A stretch of 64,000 nt of DNA, from IMG/VR virus record IMGVR_UViG_2077657010_000001, positions 1 through 64,000 of that record, one strand, 5' to 3'. Source of the DNA: a virus. Every line of letters starts with the position of its first letter. Within the stretch, counting starts at the first letter, position 1. A model generated the notes under the pieces. The model searched no databases and had not been told where the DNA came from. It worked only from the letters and a program-made list of their open reading frames with translations. Made by a program: the position numbers and the translations under genes. Shown piece by piece: positions 9,818-18,165 of this stretch.

Positions 9818-10105
9818 ATGAGAAACAACGTTATGGCCAGAATCTATTTTTATAATGTGGAGGAATCTCCACTAAACGGCGAATCGGTTGTCGTACATGA
9901 CAGCTTTATGCTTAATGCTATCGATGATGCAATTATCGATTCAGGTGAAATCGATGATGTGGGTACGCCTGCACAATACATTGACGAAATCGTGTCGACT
10001 GTAGCTGGACTACTCAAAGCCGAAGGTGTTACCCTCGGGCGTATACGTGAGTTATTACAGACCACCTTTGTGACCACTGACCGACACATCGTCGAAGTGG
10101 GTTAA
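9818..10105 (+). CDS. Hypothetical acidic protein
   Basis: ORF in + strand cluster. Confidence 0.6.
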   Translation: MRNNVMARIYFYNVEESPLNGESVVVHDSFMLNAIDDAIIDSGEIDDVGTPAQYIDEIVSTVAGLLKAEGVTLGRIRELLQTTFVTTDRHIVEVG

Positions 10106-10124
10106 TCGTAAAGGGAGGTTAAGG

Positions 10125-10343
10125 ATGACTCAAAAGTACAAAGCACTTATCATTAAACAGTCGATAAGCTTTTTCAATAAATACTACCGGTTCCCTAATT
10201 TCGTCCACGTCGGAAAGCGTCGTGTTTTCAGAGATGAGATTGTAGATATCGTCGAGGGGATATTAGGTAGGACGTTTGAATGGTACAAACGTAAGAAGGT
10301 AGTAGCACAACTCAACGATGCGCTTGAGATTGTTGATGTGTAA
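10125..10343 (+). CDS. Hypothetical basic protein
   Basis: SD GGAGG. Confidence 0.6.
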   Translation: MTQKYKALIIKQSISFFNKYYRFPNFVHVGKRRVFRDEIVDIVEGILGRTFEWYKRKKVVAQLNDALEIVDV

Positions 10344-10732
10344 TGATGTCATTTTATGTAGGTGATTACCTACTGAAGTGTGAGGAGGGAGATGTGGCTG
10401 TACTACTGGACAGGATCCGCGCCCTCCGACCCTACCTAACATCATTGCAATGTGAGCTGGTATGTGGGGAGCTCCCTGCTGACGCGACTAACAATGATAT
10501 CATAAAACAACCGTTACCTGAACAAGGTGTAGGGTTATGTGTCAGTTGCAGTATTGCTGACTACTTGGCGCGGTACGAGCTAGACCACAAATTGACACTC
10601 CGTGAGTTTTGGATGATTGTTCCTATTGTCGAGCGAATGCATAAAGATGGTGCAACCGTTGACCAACTACGTACGCGAGTGAACCAAGAGATTGGTGTGG
10701 CGAGTGACCTACATAAGAAAAAGAGGGAGTAA
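10343..10732 (+). CDS. Hypothetical protein
   Basis: TAATG coupling to the upstream gene; stop lies inside a terminator hairpin (AAAGAGGGA-GTAAT-TCCCTCTTT). Confidence 0.65.
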   Translation: MMSFYVGDYLLKCEEGDVAVLLDRIRALRPYLTSLQCELVCGELPADATNNDIIKQPLPEQGVGLCVSCSIADYLARYELDHKLTLREFWMIVPIVERMHKDGATVDQLRTRVNQEIGVASDLHKKKRE

Positions 10733-10786
10733 TTCCCTCTTTATTTTTTTGTTTTTGGTAGATTAATTACTATTTGGAGTAGTACA

Positions 10787-11560
10787 ATGGCACGTTTCTT
10801 AAACCCATTGGTATATACAAGACTGAATTCAGTATGGGTTAAACTTGACGAACCGTTACATTTTGAATTCACATTACGTGAGGTGTTGGGTTCTTACCCA
10901 CCACAACTTAGAGAAATCGCTGCTTTAACAGGGATTGGTATAGATATCCCTATCGTTGCAAACGCCCCTAAAGGCTATGTGACGGATTTAGCATCGATAC
11001 CTAAGGCACTGCACTGGTTATATAAACCAGACGGTGACCATGCCGCTGCGGCGGTTATACACGATATTGTTTACCAGACCTTATGTAAACATTACGAGAT
11101 GCCAACCCAGCCTAAGTCAATTACCAGTATGCGATTATTAAATAAACACCATACACGTTTCATGGCTGACAGACTGTTCTTGCTAGGTATGCGTGTACTT
11201 GGTGTGGGTCGTGTTAAACGCACAGCCTTTTATAATGCTGTTCGTCGATTTGGTAAACCCTACTATGGTGATGATGACGTGTATCTGAGTTACGACACAG
11301 CATTTGACAGCGGATGTACACAACGTTCTGCAAAAGAGTCCTGTCGGATACTTACGAAGGGTAATAATGATGAGTGGGATGTTTGTCCGCTAAATGAAAA
11401 TCCGTGTAAACAGATATACCTTGCTATGCCGTATGATGTATTTACACACGTCCCACAAAATAGACCACAGTTTATCTGCGGCGGTGATGACACAACCTTG
11501 GTATGGTATCCTAACATTGCAAGACCTTTTTTAATTGTGCCGTATTCGACGTTAAATTAG
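10787..11560 (+). CDS. DUF1353 domain protein
   Basis: PKGYVTDLASIP...AAVIHD..Y...ADRLF...M......Y.AVR.FG signature. Confidence 0.85.
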   Translation: MARFLNPLVYTRLNSVWVKLDEPLHFEFTLREVLGSYPPQLREIAALTGIGIDIPIVANAPKGYVTDLASIPKALHWLYKPDGDHAAAAVIHDIVYQTLCKHYEMPTQPKSITSMRLLNKHHTRFMADRLFLLGMRVLGVGRVKRTAFYNAVRRFGKPYYGDDDVYLSYDTAFDSGCTQRSAKESCRILTKGNNDEWDVCPLNENPCKQIYLAMPYDVFTHVPQNRPQFICGGDDTTLVWYPNIARPFLIVPYSTLN

Positions 11561-11578
11561 GTATATATCATTGTAATG
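11557..11578 (+). promoter_or_regulatory. Putative phage early promoter, copy 2
   Basis: TTAGGTATATATCATTGTAATG. Confidence 0.7.
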
Positions 11579-11601
11579 TAATACATCAAGGATTGTGCAT
11601 T

Positions 11602-11982
11602 ATGAACAACCACGATATCAGTACGCAGGTCGTTGTCAGTGGCTGTCAACCAACACTTGAACTCACGAGTAAATATGTCTCAGTGTATGAAGGTGTGGTG
11701 CTAGACCAGCTACCTCCTGCCGATGGATACTATTATCTAGCAACAGTGAAAGGTATATGTAAATGTCTTTATGACGATGATATTTATTATGTCGTACACT
11801 TGATGGGGTTTCAGTACATGGATTGGATACTTGCTCATTGGAAAGTGTATATCGATCACGCGCAGATAGATGTGTTAAAAAGGCAGTTAGTAGTAATAGC
11901 AGATGTGATACACGATAAAGAAAGTGTTTATCGTTATATTAATCGTTTAAGAAATGATAGGTTGTTAAGTAAACTAACATAG
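11602..11982 (+). CDS. Hypothetical protein
   Basis: ATG after AAGGA, downstream of promoter motif. Confidence 0.6.
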   Translation: MNNHDISTQVVVSGCQPTLELTSKYVSVYEGVVLDQLPPADGYYYLATVKGICKCLYDDDIYYVVHLMGFQYMDWILAHWKVYIDHAQIDVLKRQLVVIADVIHDKESVYRYINRLRNDRLLSKLT

Positions 11983-12012
11983 AGAGGTGGGGAGCAATCC
12001 CCACCTCTCTAT
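11979..12012. terminator. Long hairpin (terminator or processing site)
   Basis: ATAGAGAGGTGGGGA-GCAA-TCCCCACCTCTCTAT, 15-bp perfect stem. Confidence 0.7.
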
Positions 12013-12040
12013 TATTTATACGTAAATGTGGGGATTAACT

Positions 12041-12844
12041 ATGAAGATTACAATGCAGATTACGATGACTCGTAAAGAGTTGGATACGTTTAACGAAGCG
12101 GTTGGTATGTTCGGCGATGAACTGATGAAGTACCCGTCGAAGTCCTGCCATCAAATCGCTAACAAAGTCACTGAATACATAGAGGAATGTAAAAAGCATT
12201 ACTCGCCACTCTATAATGGGCCAGGTGATAACTTTCGGGTGACGGTGAAAGCAGCAAGTCGCTTACAAAGCTTGTTGTATATGATGTCAATCACTGACAA
12301 AATAACCTTCGATGCCACAGTTGAATTGACAGAAGAGGCTCAAGATCTATACAGTGAGCTCTATGTTGAAATAGGTATCACACTCGGGCGATTGTCGGGT
12401 GCGGTATTGTCTATCACTGACACCACGAAGGTTAAGGAAATATTCAGTAAACTGACAGAAATGAGTATGTCAGAAGTGGAATCACCAACCGTGACTGAGA
12501 CGTCATTCAAAATCAACCCGGATGGCAGTGAGACGTTGGTTAGTGATGACGAAGTATCGGCTGACAACCTGACAGGTGATGAAGAGCCACTTATCATGGT
12601 ACACAAGGTGCAGAATCGCAATAAGTACTATGTGGTACTTGGCAACCTCAATGATAAGTGTGAACTTGTTGTTGATGGAGTGGCACGTGGTAAAGCTAAA
12701 CTATACAGTGCACATACAGTAACCGGGGACTTCTCCGATTACTTAGAAGTGCATGTTGATAAACTACCCTACAATATCCATCATCTTACCATGCATGATA
12801 AGTATGAAGATGCAGTGAAAAGTGTCATAGAACGCGCTAAATAA
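12041..12844 (+). CDS. Hypothetical protein
   Basis: 267-aa ORF from ATG 12041. Confidence 0.75.
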   Translation: MKITMQITMTRKELDTFNEAVGMFGDELMKYPSKSCHQIANKVTEYIEECKKHYSPLYNGPGDNFRVTVKAASRLQSLLYMMSITDKITFDATVELTEEAQDLYSELYVEIGITLGRLSGAVLSITDTTKVKEIFSKLTEMSMSEVESPTVTETSFKINPDGSETLVSDDEVSADNLTGDEEPLIMVHKVQNRNKYYVVLGNLNDKCELVVDGVARGKAKLYSAHTVTGDFSDYLEVHVDKLPYNIHHLTMHDKYEDAVKSVIERAK

Positions 12845-12894
12845 TCTTGGTGGGGATTTGCCCCACCTACTTTTTTATATACAAGGAGAATAAC

Positions 12895-13527
12895 ATGTCA
12901 GATAATGTAGTGGCGGTTAACTTTGGAAACAATGCACCTGAAAATGATTTTCGGGTTCTTGGGGAGTATCAGTTACCCAATAACCGTGTTACCCTCCAGC
13001 AGTATCTCGATACCATGAAATCCATATCACTTGCAAACTCACAGACCGGCTTAACACGGACACATCGTGATATCTACACATCGGTGGACATATTACAATC
13101 CATTGCCCTCAATACATACCTAGATAATTCTGACGTTGTTACGGCGGTTGTACGTAAGAACATAAAGACATCAAGAGTGATGGTAAATGCCAAAGCTAAA
13201 GATGCACAGGGGATGGGGTTGTATACCTTGTCGTGTGATTATGGTAATGTCGATCTCGCAATCACAGACATACCCAGCCTAGAATGTGACGTTGACATTA
13301 TCGGTACAACTGGCGTTGCCACACCACACATACTGTCCATGCATAGTAAGTTGGAAGCATTGTGTGACGAAGTGGGTGGCTTTATGTTCTACTTTGTCGA
13401 TAACGAACACATCTATCAGCCCTGTGAAGTCTACGGGGATATCGCATGCTTTGTGTGTTTTAATATCGAGCCTGACGTGTCTATTTTAGTGACACTTAAT
13501 TTTGAAGGTGCCATTGCTTTTAAGTAG
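12895..13527 (+). CDS. Hypothetical protein
   Basis: ATG after AAGGAG. Confidence 0.75.
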   Translation: MSDNVVAVNFGNNAPENDFRVLGEYQLPNNRVTLQQYLDTMKSISLANSQTGLTRTHRDIYTSVDILQSIALNTYLDNSDVVTAVVRKNIKTSRVMVNAKAKDAQGMGLYTLSCDYGNVDLAITDIPSLECDVDIIGTTGVATPHILSMHSKLEALCDEVGGFMFYFVDNEHIYQPCEVYGDIACFVCFNIEPDVSILVTLNFEGAIAFK

Positions 13528-13565
13528 TGTGGTACTAATCTGATATTGTTAAATAGGAGAATAAC

Positions 13566-13991
13566 ATGGATATTGAAAACACAGAGCTTCACTGGGAATT
13601 GAGGGAAGTAAAAAAATACCTTGAGGCAGAAAACCAACAATTGCCTGAACTTCAACCAATAGACGATAAGGGCGGAGTGGGCATGATGTTTGAGGATGGT
13701 GGTATTGTGACTATCCATGAAGACACACGCCCGCCCTGGCTGGTTAACTTCTTTTTCTACAGTGCTGAAATTCCCTCTCGTTACATATACCGTAATTCTC
13801 GTGGCATCACCCGAATCGTCACTAAGGGTCTGGTAGATAATTTACGCAGCGATGTTGCCGAATGTGGTGTCATCTTCCTTTGTAATGAAGAAGAGACACA
13901 TCGACGTTGTGTGCGACCACGTGAAGGAAACACTGTCACTATTATCAACATCTATGAACCTAACCATGTATGTAACCTGTATGATGATTAG
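13566..13991 (+). CDS. Hypothetical protein
   Basis: SD AGGAG. Confidence 0.7.
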   Translation: MDIENTELHWELREVKKYLEAENQQLPELQPIDDKGGVGMMFEDGGIVTIHEDTRPPWLVNFFFYSAEIPSRYIYRNSRGITRIVTKGLVDNLRSDVAECGVIFLCNEEETHRRCVRPREGNTVTIINIYEPNHVCNLYDD

Positions 13992-14022
13992 GGTGTTATG
14001 TTAATTGTTAGCAAAATAAATG

Positions 14023-14047
14023 GAGGGGTGTTCGCCCCTCTTTTTTT
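14023..14047 (+). terminator. Intrinsic terminator
   Basis: GAGGGG-TGTTCG-CCCCTC plus T7. Confidence 0.85.
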
Positions 14048-14057
14048 GTTTGAATAA

Positions 14058-14130
14058 AAAAAATTTCAGATATATATCATCAATATGAAGAGAGAAGACA
14101 ATCCCTCTTCATCACGTGCATACTGCACAA
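14058..14130 (+). repeat. 73-bp promoter plus structured leader repeat, copy A (contains promoter copy 3, 14066-14087)
   Basis: 69/73 identical to 35769-35841; two hairpins, TGAAGAG/CTCTTCA and GTGCA-TAC-TGCAC. Confidence 0.9.
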
Positions 14131-14153
14131 ATTATTATTATGGAGATACTATT

Positions 14154-14501
14154 ATGAAAGCGCTAATTAGCAATACGTACATCACAGTGCGCTGTGATGA
14201 TGAGGATTCAATTTTCCACGGTAAATACACCGTGGGATATGTTGTAGGTACTCACGCTGATGGCTATTATGTCGCCACCGACGACCTGTTATGGGTCGGT
14301 CAGTATGACGCAAGTGAAGGTGTCATGGTGGTGAAAGAAGTAGAACTGCAGGCTATGGATATATACGTGTTCGTAGCCGACTGGTCGACTGACATTGAAG
14401 ATGTTAAGACGTTGACATCCTCTAAAGCCGGTGCTCGACCACAGCAAGAGTACTGGGCAATCTTCGCCGAGAAGTATCCAGAATACTCTTTCGGTAAATA
14501 A
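14154..14501 (+). CDS. Putative early protein, paralog family member 1
   Basis: ATG 14154 after GGAG; Y.VGYVVG...YV.T...LW.G..DA..GV and terminal YPEYSF.K shared with the next gene. Confidence 0.8.
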   Translation: MKALISNTYITVRCDDEDSIFHGKYTVGYVVGTHADGYYVATDDLLWVGQYDASEGVMVVKEVELQAMDIYVFVADWSTDIEDVKTLTSSKAGARPQQEYWAIFAEKYPEYSFGK

Positions 14502-14556
14502 ATACAACCTAGCCCACCACACTGGTGGGCTTTCTGTTATTATGGAGAATAAAGCT

Positions 14557-15153
14557 ATGAAAACATACGCAGGAACCACAATCTGGAATGAAGACGGTAT
14601 CGTTGCTGTTACGGAAGGTGGTGTTAGTCGGCCCGAGCTGGCCAAGGCCATGAACTCGCTCTTCCAACGCGCGAAGAGAGTGTTCATGTTTAGCGATAAT
14701 ATCTTTGGCGATGCTGAAGCCGTCGTCGATATTATCGACGATATCGTAAATAAAATTTACGGCATCCAACACTCCGGGAATTTAGAACATCGTCAATTCG
14801 TCGTTGTAAAGAGCGACGAATATGGTGGGGAATATGCAGTAGGGTATGTCGTAGGTCGTGCGACAGATGATAAGGTCTACGTCACCACAGAGGGCGACCT
14901 GTGGGAAGGACGTTGGGACGCCGAGCAAGGCGTCGTCATTGTGGAAGATCGAGTGGGTCGTCCACTTGACGTGCCGTTCGTTGAGACGAGCAACAACATC
15001 AACGATGGCTTCACCGATGACCTGGAAAAGGTCCGTCTGTTAGCCGTTCAAAACAGCTACCTGCTCTTTGACCATGTCAAGGAGCGTGCTTTAGACGGAA
15101 GTACTTGGTATCCTATCGCAATGCGATACCCTGAGTACTCTTTCGACAAATAA
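14557..15153 (+). CDS. Putative early protein, paralog family member 2
   Basis: ATG 14557 after GGAG; C-terminal half clearly homologous to 14154-14501. Confidence 0.8.
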   Translation: MKTYAGTTIWNEDGIVAVTEGGVSRPELAKAMNSLFQRAKRVFMFSDNIFGDAEAVVDIIDDIVNKIYGIQHSGNLEHRQFVVVKSDEYGGEYAVGYVVGRATDDKVYVTTEGDLWEGRWDAEQGVVIVEDRVGRPLDVPFVETSNNINDGFTDDLEKVRLLAVQNSYLLFDHVKERALDGSTWYPIAMRYPEYSFDK

Positions 15154-15185
15154 AAAATGAGGGGCCGTAGCCCCTCTTTTTTTTT
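15152..15185. terminator. Bidirectional intrinsic terminator between convergent genes
   Basis: A-tract, GAGGGGC-CGTA-GCCCCTC, T-tract. Confidence 0.85.
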
Positions 15186-15187
15186 GT

Positions 15188-15814
15188 CTATTTTAAGTAT
15201 GTGTCGTAGTACTCACTGACTTCGCGCAAGCATCGTTTTGTCCACCCGTAGTAATAACGCTCATTCTTCTCTTTAGGTCGACGTAATGTAATGTGCTTCA
15301 TGTAGTGCATTTGGTCGGCATTCATCTGACCCGCTAATACATACATGGCATCATTCAATCCACGGTGCTCAACAAGCGCATCAATCGCACCTTTCGTTTT
15401 AAGGCCATAGATGCCATCTACAGCGATATTTTTCCAAAGTAGGCCTCTGTTATTCAAACAGTTCAACGTCTCTTGTAAGGACGTTACAGGCTCATCTGAA
15501 CCCGATTTAAGTCCCCAGCGAAACATTGACTTGGCTAATGCTTTAGAATACTGGCAAATCTCATTAAGATGCATGGGATGCCAGAACTCACTTTCGTAGA
15601 TGAAGTATGCCATGGGCTGAGTAAGATTTTCCATCGTACCATCCCAACCAAAGCCATCCGTCAATGACTTTCGATATGCATGGGCTAACCCAACCGTAAT
15701 ACCATGGTTAGTCTCACCACCTAAATCGATAGGATCATTACTATAACCCCCCTCGATATTTGTCTCATCACGAATACATTCATGACAGAAACGTTTTATT
15801 TCTTCTGTTTTCAT
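15188..15814 (-). CDS. Endolysin, glycoside hydrolase family 108 with C-terminal peptidoglycan-binding region
   Basis: EGGYSNDPIDLGGETNHGIT catalytic motif; VDGIYGLKT; NERYYYGW. Confidence 0.9.
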   Translation of the reverse strand: MKTEEIKRFCHECIRDETNIEGGYSNDPIDLGGETNHGITVGLAHAYRKSLTDGFGWDGTMENLTQPMAYFIYESEFWHPMHLNEICQYSKALAKSMFRWGLKSGSDEPVTSLQETLNCLNNRGLLWKNIAVDGIYGLKTKGAIDALVEHRGLNDAMYVLAGQMNADQMHYMKHITLRRPKEKNERYYYGWTKRCLREVSEYYDTYLK

Positions 15815-16263
15815 ATAAAATCCTTATTTAAAATGTCTGGCTTAACTGGCCAGTGTATATTGGCAGGGAAGTCTGGCGTGGTTGCGAGCGACTTCAACTT
15901 ACGCCTATAGTCTTTTAACGTAGACACCTCTGCTTCTGACAATTCACTATATATTAGTGGGTTAGATGCAAATTGGTCAACCTCATTTATTTTATCACGT
16001 ACCAAGTCACGTGCAAACTCACCATTATCATCGATGAGGTGCGGGTGTATGGTCACGTCTAAACAGATCTCATTATCATCATCCCACACAGCGTGCATCG
16101 GATCCACGCCGTTCAATATTTCAGCTATAGTCTTGTTATATACAACAACCACATCAACATCAGCGAAAGATTTATCGGATATGTCAGTTCCTATGTAATT
16201 AATCGTATTATCTGGATTAATCATCACGAAAACACCGTTCACGATATCCTGCGGTACCGCCAT
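15811..16263 (-). CDS. Tail fibre assembly chaperone
   Basis: YRRKL..L...PDFP.NI.WPVKP C-terminus; follows a fibre gene; ATG 16263 after GGAGG. Confidence 0.8.
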   Translation of the reverse strand: MAVPQDIVNGVFVMINPDNTINYIGTDISDKSFADVDVVVVYNKTIAEILNGVDPMHAVWDDDNEICLDVTIHPHLIDDNGEFARDLVRDKINEVDQFASNPLIYSELSEAEVSTLKDYRRKLKSLATTPDFPANIHWPVKPDILNKDFI

Positions 16264-17630
16264 CTCCACCTCCTATCTTCTTGGCGATTTTGGTGGTATG
16301 AGTACATACCCACAATAACGCAACCGTCTGGACATGTCCAGTTGATTGGACGGTCGAAATTATTTACATAGCCAGTGATTTGAACAGGTCCCCACACAAT
16401 GCCAGGCGGGTCTGCTAATAAGTTGTCAACATCCGATCGAATCTTTGCAATGTTCTTGTTCTGTAAACCCTGCTCATCTTCAATACGGTTGATGTCTTGC
16501 TTAGCCTTAGTTATATTGTCCGTATTACTGCGGATGCGCCTGTCGTTATCTGCGATTTTTTTATCTTGATCGTCATTGCGGGCACTTTCTTCCCGTACGT
16601 CCGACTGCAGCGAGTTTATCTCACTGTCTTGCTCATCATTACGACCTGACTCACGAGCAATGGCTGACTTATTAAGACTTATTTCTTGTGCCAGTTCGAC
16701 GTCCCGCTCCTTGAGGCCTTTAATCTCATTATCGATGGCATTTAGGCGATCGTTTATAGTGTCGATGTTACGATTCAAGTCGGCTAACAATTTCTGGAAA
16801 CGATTTAACCGTTTCTCATTAGCTGCCAACTGACGTGCATTGTTATTGAATGTTGACACCAATGTATCGATACGCTGATGAGTCTCATCAAAGGCAGTCT
16901 GAATGGCTTTGAAACGAGGCTCTAGATCGTTAAACGTCTTGCCAATGTCTTCTAAGAATTGATCAATCTCTTCTTTGAAGTAAGCATTGGCCTGATGTGC
17001 AGTAACGCGGTGTGGATTATTGTAATCTGCAAGGTGCAGCCTGTGACGTTCCCTGAAGTCCGCCTCTAACTCGTTGAGACGTTTACGGATAGCCGTCATT
17101 TGGACATTGTCACCCACCATGAGGGTATCACCAATCTGCACAAGCATACTGATGATAAACTCAAACCCATACACATCACCGATATCATGGATGTGTGGTG
17201 GTGGGGTAAATAACTCAGGTTTGTTAATCACCTTACGCCAATAGATGTTTCGGTTATCGATTTCCAACTCGTCGATAGCATCTTGGATAGCTTGTGCAGA
17301 GTGTGCAAAAGGACCACCCACAATGTTTGCTTCCACAACGATGTTTTTACTGACCTTTGTATTATGGATAACAATGACACCCTCAATATCCTTACCTGGT
17401 GTGAGTTTAGATAAGTCATCAAAGTGCATGACACAGGTGTAGTCATCGTCGGGCGTCAAAGGTATATTAGACCCCTCTTCTTTGATTACCACATCATCAG
17501 CGTAGAATGGCCCATTCTTTAAAGAAAAGGCACGGTATTCTTCATCGCCAAGTGTGTGTTTTTCAGTGACGCGGTTTTCTTTCCGTGTCCCAGAGAAGTC
17601 TAATGGGTAAATAATCTTTTTCAAACCCAT
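16239..17630 (-). CDS. Short tail fibre: attachment module, coiled coil, dermatopontin-like tip
   Basis: N-terminal YPLD..G module and NPHRVTAHQ shared with the other fibres; long heptad region; tip TGYVNNFD...TCPDG..SYHQN..EDRRW. Confidence 0.8.
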   Translation of the reverse strand: MGLKKIIYPLDFSGTRKENRVTEKHTLGDEEYRAFSLKNGPFYADDVVIKEEGSNIPLTPDDDYTCVMHFDDLSKLTPGKDIEGVIVIHNTKVSKNIVVEANIVGGPFAHSAQAIQDAIDELEIDNRNIYWRKVINKPELFTPPPHIHDIGDVYGFEFIISMLVQIGDTLMVGDNVQMTAIRKRLNELEADFRERHRLHLADYNNPHRVTAHQANAYFKEEIDQFLEDIGKTFNDLEPRFKAIQTAFDETHQRIDTLVSTFNNNARQLAANEKRLNRFQKLLADLNRNIDTINDRLNAIDNEIKGLKERDVELAQEISLNKSAIARESGRNDEQDSEINSLQSDVREESARNDDQDKKIADNDRRIRSNTDNITKAKQDINRIEDEQGLQNKNIAKIRSDVDNLLADPPGIVWGPVQITGYVNNFDRPINWTCPDGCVIVGMYSYHQNRQEDRRWRWRYRRIS

Positions 17631-17668
17631 TGGTTTTCCAAGTAGATGTTGCCATCACTTGCCTTCTG

Positions 17669-18160
17669 TTAGTATCTCTTATTTAAATACTCTACCTGTT
17701 CAGGGGTTAAGTTAAGTACGGGTATCTGTACATTATCGGGGTAACCCTTTTCACGACTGAGGTCACGTAGCGACTGTCGGTACTTTCTGATGTTCTTAAC
17801 GTCAATGTCGTTATCTTCAAATATATTAATCAACACATCGGCATCGCACAAACATTTTCGTACCTCTTCATCCATATACTGTTTATTGACATCTTCGGTA
17901 TCTATGATAGCCTCTTCGGAGCTACCTACCTTTGATGTCTGAATCAGTGCCCAAGCGCCATCATCCTCTACTTCAGGGGGCGCACCATCCACGTCCAAAT
18001 ATACTGGAGACATTCCATCATTGGCAGGAGGTGGTGGATTTCTAGTTGCACCTCTAGGTATCAAATACTCACCAGCATTAACAGGTGACTGGTAGGCGAC
18101 ATCTTCCCCTAGGTACCTACCATCAGTCATGCTATAGTTGTACACAGTAATATAATCCAT
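17669..18160 (-). CDS. Tail fibre assembly chaperone
   Basis: VYNY...G.YLG....SP....YLIP..AT..PPP N-terminus and YRQSLRDL....GYP C-terminus. Confidence 0.85.
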   Translation of the reverse strand: MDYITVYNYSMTDGRYLGEDVAYQSPVNAGEYLIPRGATRNPPPPANDGMSPVYLDVDGAPPEVEDDGAWALIQTSKVGSSEEAIIDTEDVNKQYMDEEVRKCLCDADVLINIFEDNDIDVKNIRKYRQSLRDLSREKGYPDNVQIPVLNLTPEQVEYLNKRY

Positions 18161-18165
18161 AATCC

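Noticed and set aside
14085-14153. Peptide KREDNPSSSRAYCT appears in two ORF-track entries (14085 and 35646)
   Set aside because: It is a by-product of the DNA repeat: in frame with the downstream gene in only one copy, no SD, and its start codon overlaps the inferred transcription start
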